Shown here piece after piece: positions 1 to 11,924 of a stretch of DNA of 64,000 bases; position 1 is the first letter of the stretch; the number at the start of each line of letters is the position of its first letter. Below the pieces are notes generated by a model. It saw nothing but the letters and a program-made list of their open reading frames with translations. It made no database searches and was not told the DNA's origin. Source of the stretch: Eledone cirrhosa. Its lineage: Eukaryota. Location: NCBI GenBank assembly GCA_964016885.1, contig OZ024743.1, positions 292,020,001 through 292,084,000 of the forward strand, given 5' to 3'. The position numbers and the translations under genes were made by a program.

Positions 1-23
1 ACTCTTTTCTTATATATATATAT

Positions 24-195
24 AATTGTTTCTACTTTTGGCACAAGGCCAGCAACTACCCAGTACATTACTGGTACTTTATTTTATCGACCTCGTAAGG
101 ATGAAAGGCAAAGTTAACCCTGGCGGGATTTGAACTCAGATCGTAAAGGGACGTGTCTATGCTGATACTGCCGATACTGCCAATTCACCGCCCTT
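24..195 (-). mobile_element. tRNA-derived SINE (cephalopod-type)
   Basis: GGCACAAGGCC...CTGGTACTTTATTTTATCGAC...GGATTTGAACTC; the minus strand reads GAGTTCAAATCC (B-box-like). The same family recurs at about 18200-18415 and 28480-28660. Confidence 0.75.
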
Positions 196-209
196 TATAT
201 ATATATATA

Positions 210-422
210 ATAAGGAGTTGACGGACACAGCATATTTAACAATGCCAGGACTGGTTGTATTTCAGCGTACTCAATAGATAATGTAGAACACATTCCAGAG
301 TATCACATAGTTATTAGCTTCAATACAACACACGTAAACGGTGCCTATATTAGTTCCCGGACTCGTTTCGGCCACACTTAATGCAGCAATAGGGTGCATT
401 GCAACAATGCATAATCGGCGGG
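210..422 (-). mobile_element. PLE-like pLTR fragment with degenerate hammerhead
   Basis: Minus strand 356-422 reads CCCG-CCGATTA...GGCC-GAAAC-GA-GTC-CGGG. Stem I and the GUC site are intact but the core is mutated. TTGAGTAC box at 267-274; abuts (TA)n. Confidence 0.4.
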
Positions 423-711
423 TATCGCCTAATCAATAGCCATTCGATCGACAAAATTCAACTCCAGTCGATGCCCGCTATGACTGTATGTGACGGCCAA
501 CGCAATAAAGTGATTAGCAACTGGAATATGATACAACTCCGTCCCCCGATCGGCCACCCATTTACAAATTTACGCGGTGGCAGGAGATTAGGAAACACAT
601 ATTTTCGTTCCCACCAAAAGCTCTCAGCCAACGTGTCTCAAACACACATTGATAAGATAGTGAAAATTTGGTTATTAGAAAAAGCAGTTCCACATCTTTG
701 CGCAGTAGAAT

Positions 712-731
712 AGAGAGAGAGAGAGAGGGAG

Positions 732-825
<94 letters not shown>

Positions 826-831
826 AGAGAA
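712..831. repeat. (GA)n microsatellite
   Basis: Read directly from the sequence. Confidence 0.95.
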
Positions 832-2167
832 AGATCCAATTATGTATCTTTACTCCATCGTAAATTTATTTTTGTTTTCGTTAGAAATTGAAGATTATCG
901 TTGTATATATGTTTGTACTGATTGAGCCCATCTATGATAAAAAAGAAAAAACATTTTAACCGGCTTATATTCACTCATAGATTACACTGCCTATTTTATC
1001 ACGTCTTGCTTTTTTATAACAAAAGTGTGGTCTGAAGGTGATTTAACAGCCAACTCTACGAGCCGGAGTGATCATAACTTTTCAAGCCAACTACAACATA
1101 ATCTCGTGCTTTGCAAACACATATTTCGTATTCTTAGCTATCACTAAATAGAAGAAAATAAATCCATTAGAGAATTTTATATCATGCAAACAACCATTAT
1201 ATATGAGGTGTGATTTCGAATACAAACGAGCTTAATAATTTATTAACCAATACTTTAAGACTCAAATTTATTAGGAAGAAAATAAAGCTGGGAATATTTT
1301 GCCTCTAATTGTGTAAATATAGGATTATATTTATTAGTGTTGTTAAGAATTGAGCTTCGCAATCACATCTTTCTGGCATTAATTAATGCATAAAGCATTA
1401 AAAATTAAAATGGTAACTAGAAAAATATATGTGGCGAGAAAAAAATGACATTAGTTAATAATTGGCATCATTTTTCTTTTCTTCCGGCAATCCCCAAAGT
1501 TATTCCAGTAGTCTATTTCCTCCTGACTTTCTAAATCAGATGATGTATATAGAATTCAACTTAATGTTTCATATTTAAGAAGGTGTCCAATGATTTAAAG
1601 GTTACTCGTCTGGCTTTTCAAATACATCAACTATGTATCTGATTTCTCCTAAGTAAGGAAACGGTGAAACACTTAGTAAGCCGTTCGTAACCTTACAATA
1701 TAGATCAACATATTCTATATTTAATATATATAACCTCGCAGATAGGTCGATTGGAAACATGCGGCTAGAGAAAATGTTTCATAACAGGAAAGACCACAAA
1801 AACAAAATGAACGAAATGTGAAGCAGCTATTGCAAGTAGTGAAGGAAACAATAAAACAAAAATATATCTCTCGCGAAACGGATCATATTCTTTGCTCTTA
1901 TTTGAGATCGTGTGATTATTCCCTCAGCTAACTGCAGAGTCAGGCTTAGCTTTGACGCCACTATGTGCGAACGTTCACTTGCTAACGAAATTGCATTAAC
2001 TGAAGTATGTCTTAACTGGAAATGTTCATTCTTATATTTCCTGTGACTACTGACACTATGCTGATGTTAACAAGTTCGCATATTTGGACTGACAGATAAC
2101 ACGCTTCTCCCCCCCCCCCCTCTCTCTTACTCTCTCTCTCTCTTATGTATATATATATATATATAGG

Positions 2168-2359
2168 AGAAAGTATGACCCCGACGGCAGAGCTCAAGCC
2201 GTTTCGACGGCTATTTCTGTACTCCACAAATAGCCGTCGAAACGGCTTGAGCTCTGCCGTCGGGGTCATACTTTCTTCTATTACCCACTCTCTTACTCTA
2301 AGTATTAAGTACTCTGGTGTGTAATGGTCCATCTGGTTCCTTACCACAGCTCATTCGTT
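2168..2359 (+). mobile_element. Fold-back element carrying the 3' half of a hammerhead (family also at 30640-30870)
   Basis: About 48-bp inverted arms at 2168-2275 contain GAAAC-GGC-loop-GCC-GTC (stem III plus GUC). A tail with TTAAGTACTCT follows. Flanked by (TA)n. Confidence 0.65.
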
Positions 2360-2376
2360 ATATATATATATATATA

Positions 2377-3420
2377 ACAAAAAGTTTAACAAGGTTCATT
2401 GATTAATCAATGAATAAAGTTTTACATAAGTTTAGAAGCACTCAACAAAGAGATTATCTGGAGTTATTAATATTACTTCAAAATATTAATAAATATAGAC
2501 ATTCATGTGATCAAATATATTTTATTATACATATTTCAGAGGTACTGAGCTATATCATCAATTTATATAAGAACTAGACAAATGTTTATATCTAAATAAA
2601 TCTGGTTTAATAATATCATTTTTACTACATTTATAAGCTTTATGGATAGTTAATAACATTTTAAATTTTTATCTTTCTAACTAAATTATTGACTATATTT
2701 AATAATTTAAATATACTCTTGATTACCCTTGGAATTATGTTAAATTATCTATTTCACTATATATTTGTTTTAATTTTGATATAATACAATAATATAGGTT
2801 CTTTCAAATATTATAGTCTAACAATTTCAAGTTATTAAATTAATTGATTATTTCTAATTAACTTAATATTTGAAAAAAAACGGTCACGCATCATATACCT
2901 CGATTCTCCTTCTCCTTATGTAATTGTATGTTACCACACATAGCTCCCTTCCTTTGTTTTTAGTATCATCTCTCTTTCCTTTTCTTTCTCTCCTCTAGTT
3001 AACTCTCTCGCTCTCTCTTTTGCTCCTTCTATAATACGGAGGTATACATATTTTATTATTTAAATGTTTAACAGTTATGTAGTTATATGTTTATATTTTT
3101 TTACTTTTCTTTATATATACTTATTATATTTATTACTTATTAATATATGTTTTTTATACACCTTTTCCTACGTACCCTTTATATTATATGTAGTTTTTCA
3201 TGTTACAACTTATTGTATATAAATATTGAGATTTGTCATCACTAATCACTGCAAAAGACTGGAATTGAACCATCAGCACAGTTGAGGTATGTCAAACATC
3301 AATTTATTTTATTTGATGAGGACGTACTGATGAAATAGCTCAGTACCTCTGAAATATGTATAATAAAATATATTTGATTACATGAATGGCTATATATATT
3401 AATATTTTGAAGTAATATAT
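2377..3420 (+). mobile_element. AT-rich PLE-like element with inverted ~85-bp copy and degenerate hammerhead
   Basis: 2470-2558 is the reverse complement of about 3326-3418. Near 3313-3365: TTGATGA-GG..GTACTGA..TCAGTAC-CTC-T-GAAA-TATGTATA. Flanked by (TA)n. Confidence 0.5.
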
Positions 3421-3724
3421 CTATATATATATATATAAAATATTTGCTCTACGGTTCTTATATTTTTTATATATATTTATCCTTATCGAACCCTCTTTGG
3501 ATTTTAGTCTTCAAATTTATTATTATTACTATATATATATATATATATAAGTATGTATACGTACATACATATATGTGTACAGATGTACAATAGTATGTAT
3601 ATATATATACATACATGCACACATATATATATATGTACGTATGGGTTTACCGAACATTTATTATAATTACGCCGTACAGTGCACGGCAACCATCGTCGCC
3701 CTTTTGTTCAACACTGACACAGGA

Positions 3725-3766
3725 ACGATGTACTAGTTTCAAGCTTATTAGCTATCGTCAGCATCG
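3725..3766 (-). ncRNA. Type I hammerhead ribozyme (family B)
   Basis: CGATG-CTGACGA-T-AGCT-AATA-AGCT-T-GAAAC-TA-GTA^CATCG. Confidence 0.85.
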
Positions 3767-4158
3767 AATACCTTTGTGTCAGATGATTGAACGTTTGAAA
3801 GTATATACTTTCCTTATGCATAATAACGGCTGAGCAACCTAATTTGCATATCGAGTGAGTTAGTCGGCCGGGCGCACCGAAAACGATAAATGGAAAAGAA
3901 TGAAACAAAATTTCATTTCTCACTCTTACTACGGCTAATACCTAAATATAAGTATGTATACGTACATACATATATGTGTACAGACGTACACTAGTATGTA
4001 TATATATATGCATACATGCATACATGCACACGTCTATATATCTACGTATGCGTTTACCGAACATTTATTATAATGTTCGGTTTGTTTGTAAATAAACAGC
4101 CCGAATTACGCATTGCGCGGCAACCATCGTCGCCCTTTTTTTCAACACTGACATAGGA

Positions 4159-4200
4159 ACGATGTACTAGTTTCAAGCTTATTAGCTATCATCAGCATCG

Positions 4201-4201
<1 letters not shown>
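4159..4201 (-). ncRNA. Type I hammerhead ribozyme (family B)
   Basis: ACGATG-CTGATGA-T-AGCT-AATA-AGCT-T-GAAAC-TA-GTA^CATCGT. Confidence 0.85.
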
Positions 4202-4236
<35 letters not shown>

Positions 4237-4289
4237 CATACCCTCAATCTCATTTTGAACTGCGTCAATGGTAGTTAAATAGCCCAACC

Positions 4290-5860
4290 TTTGGTACAAC
4301 AAGTTTGGGCTCATTTTCCTCTAAGTATTGGGAAAGTGATTTGATGTCATATGCTGTCTCCCGCACAAGATCTGGGGCCAACGTATTAGCTTCCTCTCTG
4401 ACGGTTGACGGCAAGCCATACGTCGCCAGCTCACTCCCACCAATGTCGAGGAGGGTGTCCTCGATATCAATGAGTGCTCTGTTGAAGATTATGTCGCTGT
4501 AACCAAATTCCACTGAAGTATACTGCAGATGAGCCAGGCGCAGGAGGTCCTCAGACATGAAATCTCTGTACTTGACTCATAAAGATTTGGGATCACCCAA
4601 TTCACAATTTTGAAGCGAAATGGCAAAGAGTTCCCGTAGACCTTTAGGTGATTTCAACAAAGTGAAATCCCATTGCGAATCATCTTCCAAAAGACCACGC
4701 TTAAAGCAGGCTTCCCGGTACGTATCACATATTTCTCCATCAACAGTTTTGAGGTCCTGAAAACTTTGTGGGTCTACAACTTCATGCAGAAGAAGGCGGA
4801 GATGAAAGCACTCATGCTGACTTGGGGGCACAGTGTAAACCCTTCCAAGACAGCTGTCAAATTTTACACCAGGATGTCTTTCAACAGCCTGACCTGACTT
4901 TCTTCGCAACCACGTGTTTTTCGACCATATAAAGTAGGATGGAACTTGGGGGTACAAAATTGTTTGCGCAAATGTATCGAACTGGCAATGTTTGAAGAGA
5001 CCCGCCAGAGTGGTCTCTTTCAGATCGGCGGCCAACTTGGCGGCAGTTTGGTCCGTAAATAAACCCTTTGCCAATTTTCCAAATGTACCGCAAGCTGTAC
5101 GATGGCGGGGTGCCGTTGGTGTAGGGGTAAACTAAATAGGCGCCGAAAAGCTTCATTCCTACTGATGTACCGCCTCGCCAGGTATTCTGTGACCTCGTCC
5201 CTGCTATTTTCAGCTTGAAATGCGAATATTGCAGCATCAGAGCCCTTATTTACATATTTGCATATGTATTTTATCGACTTGCCAGAGTTGCAAAACTCAA
5301 TGTTGATCTGGGTGTTGAACATCTTCAAGAGAAGCGGGCAGTAAGGGACCATCCATCTATTGTCGACGACTTGACCTCCCTTTACTGTTGTGGTGAAACC
5401 ACCGTTCTCGGACCGTCGCAGCCTCTACAGGGGGTACCCGTCGCCACCAGTCTGAGTCTGGTCAACAAATTTTTTTGGGTGTCCCCTACTGCACGACCCC
5501 CCCTTTCAGACACGTGTGATGCTCATTAGGACCCGACGCACACGGACCATGTTAGTTTTGACGATGTAATGTAATTCCTGGTCAGTTGCTGGGTTAGTGA
5601 TTTCAGCCGAAATGAACCTGTCTATGGCATATGAATTGATTTTATCAGCTAACCAAATCAAAATGTGAGCATGTGGCAGCTCTCGCTTTTGCCATTCGAC
5701 CGTGAACATGTCACATTTTACAGCCCCAAATACCAGACTTTTTTTTATTAAAGCCATGAGTGAAGCCAGTTTCAGTCTGAACACTCTGGCAATGAGGTCA
5801 TGGCTATTCGAATAATTTTGCCCAGGAAAAAGTTCACCGGTTACATTCCGATTCATATGT
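4290..5860 (-). pseudogene. Helitron RepHel fragment (Rep/HUH nuclease region), frameshifted
   Basis: ORF pieces contain VEWQKRELPHAHILIWL (HUH motif 2), KYICKYVNKG (motif 3) and GRVYTVPP..ECFHLRLLL..V..PQSFQDLKTVDG. Confidence 0.9.
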
Positions 5861-6322
5861 CTATAGCATTAATCTGTTATATGAAGTGTTATTTTGCAGG
5901 TTGTTATTTGCAATAAGCCGATTGAAAATGCCCCAGATAAGCCGTATGTCAATACGGAACGCTGCACTTAGGTGTTGTCATATAGCGATTGAAGAGCGAC
6001 AGAGAGAGTAAAGCAGTTAAAGTATAGAGAGAGAGAATATACGGAACGCTCCATTTGATCTTAACATTGTTTATCTCTCGGCAGTGTTGTCATATGGGGA
6101 GTGAAGAGCAACAGAGAGAGTAAAGCAGTTAAATTATAGAGAGGGTGAATGATCATGATCGATGTTTGCCCTTATTGTTGATGGATTCGAAAGTTCTTTG
6201 CTTCATGACCCTTTCCTGACCGAGAGCAATAATCGTCCAGATTTTGAATAGAATCCGTTGGGAATTGTGGACGTGCATGCGTTACAAACCTTAACACACA
6301 CATCCTCAGCTTTATATATATA
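5861..6322 (-). mobile_element. Helitron 5' non-coding region and terminus
   Basis: Minus strand starts TATATATATAAAGCTGAGGATGTGTGTG, which resembles Helitron 5' ends, and lies upstream of the Rep fragment. Confidence 0.55.
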
Positions 6323-6380
6323 AAAAATAATTAAGTCAAATATGTATAATTTGGCTTCGTTTATTATATATTATAGATAT

Positions 6381-6435
6381 ACTGCTATATATATTTCGGT
6401 GACAGCCATCATTGGCTGTAACCTCTTCAGGCAGT
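6381..6435 (-). ncRNA. Type I hammerhead ribozyme (family C)
   Basis: ACTGC-CTGAAGA-GGTTACAGCCA-ATGA-TGGCTGTCACC-GAAA-TATATATA^GCAGT. Confidence 0.85.
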
Positions 6436-6629
6436 CCGAATTTGTGTTGGAAAGACAGGTACACATGTTGTTGAAGGGTGTTTTACTCCGTCAATACATC
6501 GATATGTCCAGCTTCTGTTGTTATTCTCCTGAGGATAACAACACAACCAGGAGCTGAACATATCGATGTATTGACGGAGTAAAACACCCTTTAACAACAT
6601 GTGTACCTGTCTTTCCCACACCAATTCAG

Positions 6630-6684
6630 ACTGCCTGAAGAGGTGACAGCCAATGATGGCTGTCACCGAAATATATATACCAGT
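6630..6684 (+). ncRNA. Type I hammerhead ribozyme (family C)
   Basis: ACTGC-CTGAAGA-GGTGACAGCCA-ATGA-TGGCTGTCACC-GAAA-TATATATA^CCAGT; perfect 11-bp stem II, one stem I mismatch. Confidence 0.8.
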
Positions 6685-6860
6685 ATATCTATAATTTATA
6701 ATAAACGAAGCCAAATTATACATATTTGTCTTAATTATTTTACATTACACCGGAGTAAACAAACAAAGCTGCGTACTTCGTCGAATTCTCCAATCTGCAT
6801 ACTGAAGTGTCGGTAAACAACCAACCTATACTCAAAATGTATATATATATATATATATAT

Positions 6861-6904
<44 letters not shown>

Positions 6905-7059
6905 ATATACACGGGTGTGTATGATTGTGTATAGAAGATTATATTAATAAGAGCAATTTCAACTTTGTCTGATTTACTCGTTTTATTTACAATCCTTTAA
7001 AATTTATAATGGTATTATAATGAAATAGTATGATAGAATATTAAATTCTAAGTGTTAAT

Positions 7060-7098
7060 TGAACAAGTACTTTCATGCTTTCGCAATCTTCAGGTTCA
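7060..7098 (-). ncRNA. Minimal type I hammerhead ribozyme (family D)
   Basis: Reverse complement of 7172-7210. Confidence 0.8.
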
Positions 7099-7171
7099 TA
7101 ATATGTGGTGACAGTCAAGTTTGCAATTTTCAACAGTTGAAAATTGCAAACTTGACTGTCACCACATATTA

Positions 7172-7210
7172 TGAACCTGAAGATTGCGAAAGCATGAAAG
7201 TACTTGTTCA
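7172..7210 (+). ncRNA. Minimal type I hammerhead ribozyme (family D)
   Basis: TGAAC-CTGAAGA-T-TGC-GAAA-GCA-T-GAAAG-TA-CTT^GTTCA. Confidence 0.8.
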
Positions 7211-7350
7211 ATTAACACTTAGAATTTAATATTCTATCATACTATTTCATTATAATACCATTATACATTTTAAAGGATTGTAAATAAAACGAGTAAATCA
7301 GACAAAGTTAGAATTCCTCTGATTAATATATATATATATACATATATATA

Positions 7351-9600
7351 CTAGCGCCATACCCGGCGTTGCCCAGGTGTAAGTCTACCATTAGTAAATA
7401 ATTTTTTAAAGAGAAAACAACGTAGCACAAACCTAAAAAAAACATTTATTTTAAACCCTAAGAAGTATGTGTTGTTCGATGTAAAAACAGTAAAATGTTA
7501 TGGCATATGAAATGTGAATGAGTATAAAAGTGTGACGTTCACGCGGTGGAGCTGCAAACGCGAACTATGCCAGAAGAAAGTCAGAAGCCCAAAAGTGAGT
7601 CACATGGAATGTATGACAATAATGTGGGATGTTTGGCAATTCGGGGACTGAAGTCGTTGCGGGATGGCGGAGATAATGTATGACGACTTTGAGTGAATGG
7701 TACAAATGAGAAGGGTGCCATACGTTTGCTACAGTAAAACCATGTGCATTTTTCGTTATGCATTGCGTATATGTAGGCATTCTAATGATTTACGTAGTTT
7801 GAAATGCTTATCACTCTGTATAGTTGTGGCTGCCAATAGAAACTCTGCAGTGACATAGACCAAATATGAAGGACGCTCAAAATTACTCAACACAAATTTT
7901 GCACCAACTCGATTGCTAAAGTAACAGAGAATAACGAATAGCTTTTATTACGCCAAAAGAAAAATGCTAAAGCAACTTCTATTGCACGAGATGCAGAAAA
8001 CGAAACACAACGTTCGATGCGACAGCAAATAAATGCTGAGGCAACTGCTGCTGCTTGAGGTGCAGAAAACGATTATCAACCCTCACTGCGACAGAAAGCA
8101 AATATTGAGGCAACGTCTATTGCAGGAGATGCAGACAACGAACCACAGCGTTCATTATGGCGGCATAGAAATGCTGAGGCAACTTCCGCAGCTCGAGCTG
8201 CATGAATCGAAACACAGTGTCAACTGCGGGAGCAAAGAACTGTGAGTCATCGTCTGTTGTTTGAGCTGTATCAACCGAAACACAGCTTCAACTGCGGCAG
8301 CAAAGACATGTGAATCAACGTCTGCTGCACGCGCTGGCAAATCCATGGAAAACTGGCTCAACCAACCAGAGGGGAACGTGCATTTCAATACCGTGCAGCT
8401 CAAAGTGTTCACAACGTTTACAGTCGAAAAGTATGGTGTTATGAATTTCAAAAAGGCAGTATGTTTACAATTTGGTAATTATTGAAAGCAGCGCGGTATT
8501 TGATTGTTAGAAAACGGTTTGTGTCGCAGTGTTGATTACAGAACTTCTTGGTACACAATGTTTGTGGTTTTACCGTTTGGAGCAAATGCATAAAGGTTTC
8601 CTTTGCCTCCCACTCTGGATCATCCAACGTATAGCTGACCGTGCTAAAAGCATGGCTCTTCTAGGTTTATTCCCGCGACGGACAATGTTTGTCCCTGAGA
8701 CTTATTAATCGTCATAGCGAAACTACAACGAACTGGAAACTGGAGCCTCCTGAATGAAAAGAGGATCTCTAATGTTGACGGACAAAGAGGAATCCTTGAG
8801 ATGAAAATATGTTCCTACTTTCCACATCCCGAGAGAATCGTCGCCTTGATCAAGTTTTGCGTTAGTTTATTTACTGTAAGGCGGGAGCCGTTGCAGAGTT
8901 TTGGTGTAGATCCTTGCTTAAGTTCCAATCGATGAGATGGCAACCCGGATAGGTTCAATGAGTTAAGAAAATCAATTGGGTAGTTAAAGGGGTTTGTGAC
9001 TATAACGATAGGCTTTTATGTACACGAAGCCGTAGGAAGAGACTTAAGCAGTTGTCCGTTGATTTTGTCGAGAGTCTTATTTTTCGGAGCCAGTATTGAC
9101 CTTTCGCACAGCCAGTTTGGATTTTGGTAGTTAGTGCTCAACTGCAGCTGTCAAGTCGTCAGCACTGTCGACTAAAGTGCAGACCGGTTCGAGGGAGATT
9201 TGTTCATCTTTATCAAGTGGTTGGTAGCAAAATCTGATGACACTTGTTCACCAAGCATCCGAGCTTTAATGTTCGTAGAGAGCGTTAATGTTGTGACATA
9301 ACACCAAAGCGGAGATAACATTAAGCATGCTCGAATAGCATCAGCCCTTGCTCCTTTGGGAATAATAGGGAGGGTTTGTCTAACATCTCCGGATAAAAGG
9401 ACAGTCACGCCTCTCATGGGATCCTGGGAGTCTCTTATGTCTCTTAAAGTCCGGTCCAGTGCTTCCAAAGCTCCTTTATGAGCCATGGTACATTCATGCC
9501 AAACTATAAGTTCACACCTTTTAAGCAGTTCTGCCTTTTCTGATCCTTTGGTAATATTACAGCAGAGTGTCATTTGCTGTCATATTGAGAGGGAGTTTGC
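7351..9600 (-). mobile_element. Helitron 3' portion with decayed PIF1 helicase and CTAG terminus
   Basis: ORF 9172-9573 has LIVWHECTMAHKGALEALDRTLRDI..GDVRQTLP; about 8600-8740 encodes QFPVR..FAMTINKSQGQTL..GQLYV. The minus strand ends with a GC-rich hairpin (CCTGGGCAACGCCGGG) and then CTAG at 7351. Confidence 0.9.
7930..8250 (+). repeat. Degenerate 69-bp tandem repeat encoding 23-aa STPR-like units
   Basis: AAT(G/A)(C/T)T..GCAAC recurs at 7963, 8032, 8101 and 8170; translates as AR.AE.E.QR..R...NAEAT with stops. Confidence 0.6.
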
Positions 9601-9949
9601 AACCACGCAGCACGTCTTCTTTTCATATTCACACATATATTTTCCTCCGATGTGACCCGTCTATTTCATTCTTACTTCTTCCTCTTTCTCTGTATCTTTC
9701 CCCTCCCTTTACCCTCCCAAACAGTCACTCTCTATGTTAGCCTCTTCCTCACCCTTCACTCACTCACTCTCGGCTAATCCCTCTCCTACTTCCTCCGGTT
9801 TGACCTGGGCGAAATTCCTTCCTCGCGCACACTTGACCAGGTTGGTTGTTCCTTTTTTTCTCTCTTGTCTACGATTTCACAGAACTTATGTTCACCGAAT
9901 TCAGGGACTAGACTCCTTCTTCCTCCCGTTCGACCTGTGCGAAATTCTT

Positions 9950-10225
9950 TCCTTGCTCACATTTCGACTAGGTTTGATGGTCTTTATTCTCTCTCGTCCA
10001 CGATTTCACAGAACTTATATTCATAGAATTCTGGGACTTGACTCCCTCTTCCTCACTTTTCGTTGCATTACCATATTTGATTGTTTACAGTCTCGCTCGT
10101 TCCCCTTATTTACATGTCCCAACGACTTTCTTTAGCCGTTGCTCGCACCAACCGGAGGTATATGGTCTTTAAAGCGATGAAATACCAATGAAGGTTGCAA
10201 GATCACTGATGAAGGACTAACTTTA

Positions 10226-10228
<3 letters not shown>
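9950..10228 (+). repeat. Dispersed repeat (family E), inverted copy at 34193-34440
   Basis: About 240 bp shared in reverse complement. Both copies end at (TA)n shortly after CTGATGA. Confidence 0.75.
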
Positions 10229-10291
<63 letters not shown>

Positions 10292-10989
10292 GGCTGCCAA
10301 CTCGTTTTCGAGTACGGCTACTACTTTATATCCATGTAGGAGAAACCCTACCGATGCGCTGAACGCGTGTGACTCTTTTAGTCCAGCCAGCGACTTGAAA
10401 ACTCTGGTGCAAACACTACACTTGTGACAATTATTGACACATAGTGCTGGGCCCATGGTACCATGTGACGACAAGTGCAGAGATAACTTCAGATATAAAG
10501 CAATGCCTGTGCCGTGGAGCTTTTATAGTGAGCAAAGGTACTGCACAAAGCCAGTCCCACTCTCTTAACCAAGATGATATTTACCAAAAAGAAGAACGAG
10601 TCAACATCATTGGATACTATCAGGGTTTCAGGTGTTATATCAGAGTTTTCCTTCGCCTAGAATTCTGCCTTGACAAAGGCTAGGGGGTCAAATAAATATA
10701 TACATTATATACAGAAACTCACGCACGCAAACGCTCAAACGCACGCACACTAACGCACGCACGTGTGCACGTACACACACATGTTAATAGATTTAACTCT
10801 TACTGGAACGCGGCACGAACACACAGACAGCGCACGCACACACCCACACATGTTAATTAGTTATAGCTTTCCTTCCCCTCTTTCACTGTCATGTATCAAA
10901 CACAGCGTCTTCGCTCTCCCTCTCCCGGTATCCCCCACTTTTAGTCTGTCTGTTTCTTTCACCCTCACTCTTTCTTTTTCATTTTTATA

Positions 10990-11216
10990 GATATAGAGAT
11001 GTTTTCTATGCAAAGTCGTACCTATAGGCAGCTTTATCAACTTTTTACCTGGACAACAAGTGAATCGATCATTCTCAATGGCGTGCTGACCTGCCCTGAT
11101 AAATTTGTGGTTGATTACAAAAAATATTTTGAAAATCGGCCTTGCGAATCAAAAGTGCTGTGGAACAGACACACACAGACAGACAGACAGACATTTTCAT
11201 TTTTATAGATATAGAT
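10990..11216 (-). mobile_element. Probable non-autonomous Helitron 5' end
   Basis: Minus strand starts TCTATATCTATAAAAATGAAAATGTCTGTCTGTCTG, a pattern typical of Helitron starts. Confidence 0.45.
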
Positions 11217-11225
11217 ATATATATA

Positions 11226-11662
11226 TGGGATAACAAGTTATCGTTATAGGTAATCCATTTAGAGGTAATCCGGTTAGAGTACTCTACGTCGTAGATGGTT
11301 TTAACGTACGGCTTTGTTTGACTCAACAAGATAATTCCATAGTTATGCAGCGAGTTCGCGGTAATTTCTATGCAGGTTATACTTGGAGTAATAAAAGTTA
11401 AAGAAAGAAGATTAACATGGTTGGCTGTACAGTAAGGCTTTTATTTAAAGTACTGACAATTGCTTCGTTGATCAGGTGTGTCTAGAGTTCGCTAATTGCT
11501 TGAGGTTGCGTCAATCGATCTCCAATACATTGTTTACCACTTGTCAACACATCAGAGTGATTAGCGAACTCCAGACACACCTGATCAACGAAACAATTGT
11601 CAGTACTTTAAATAAAGCCCTTATTGTACAGCCAACCTTGTTACTCTTCTTTCTTTAACTTA
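11226..11662. mobile_element. Fold-back PLE-like element with hammerhead 3' half
   Basis: Arms at about 11395-11497 and 11559-11660 contain GAAAC-AATT-GTC. Tail 11226-11394 has AGAGTACTCTA. Confidence 0.6.
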
Positions 11663-11835
11663 AAAACATTGTGAAGACCATACGCTATCGGTTTTAAAGT
11701 ATCGCCGAAAAGAAGTAAGCTACTTTAAAAGCGATAACGTATGGTCTTCAAAATGCTTTTAATTAAACATACGGTATATTGCCAAATATACTATACATAC
11801 ATTCAGGTATACATCGGTATTTCAGAGCATCAATC

Positions 11836-11838
<3 letters not shown>
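11661..11838. repeat. Second imperfect fold-back (about 42-bp arms) plus tail
   Basis: GAAGACCATACG..TTTTAAAGTA pairs with TACTTTAAAA..CGTATGGTCTTC. Confidence 0.6.

Positions 11839-11919
<81 letters not shown>

Positions 11920-11924
<5 letters not shown>

Larger units (their letters stand above)
3548..4201 (-). mobile_element. Tandem non-coding hammerhead element (family B), 434-nt period, retrozyme-like
   Basis: Direct repeat with period 434 and one HHR per unit. Further copies at 36030-36620, 38810-39100, 45312-45842 and 57927-58650. Confidence 0.8.
6323..6840. mobile_element. Palindromic PLE-like element (family C) with two divergent hammerheads
   Basis: About 200-bp inverted arms (6323-6525 and 6535-6741) plus a 3' tail to 6840, flanked by (TA)n. 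Second copy at 11920-12475. Confidence 0.85.
6940..7330. mobile_element. Near-perfect 390-bp palindrome (family D) with two divergent hammerheads
   Basis: Arms of about 195 bp meet at CAAC-A-GTTG (centre 7135); (TA)n flank. Confidence 0.85.

Noticed and set aside
3548-4201. Tandem repeats as a CRISPR array or tRNA genes
   Set aside because: There is no short repeat-spacer periodicity, the context is eukaryotic, and the tRNA-like boxes in the window belong to SINE heads.
10200-10228. CTGATGA at the end of family E as a hammerhead
   Set aside because: No stem II, GAAA or NUH follows before the (TA)n in either copy.
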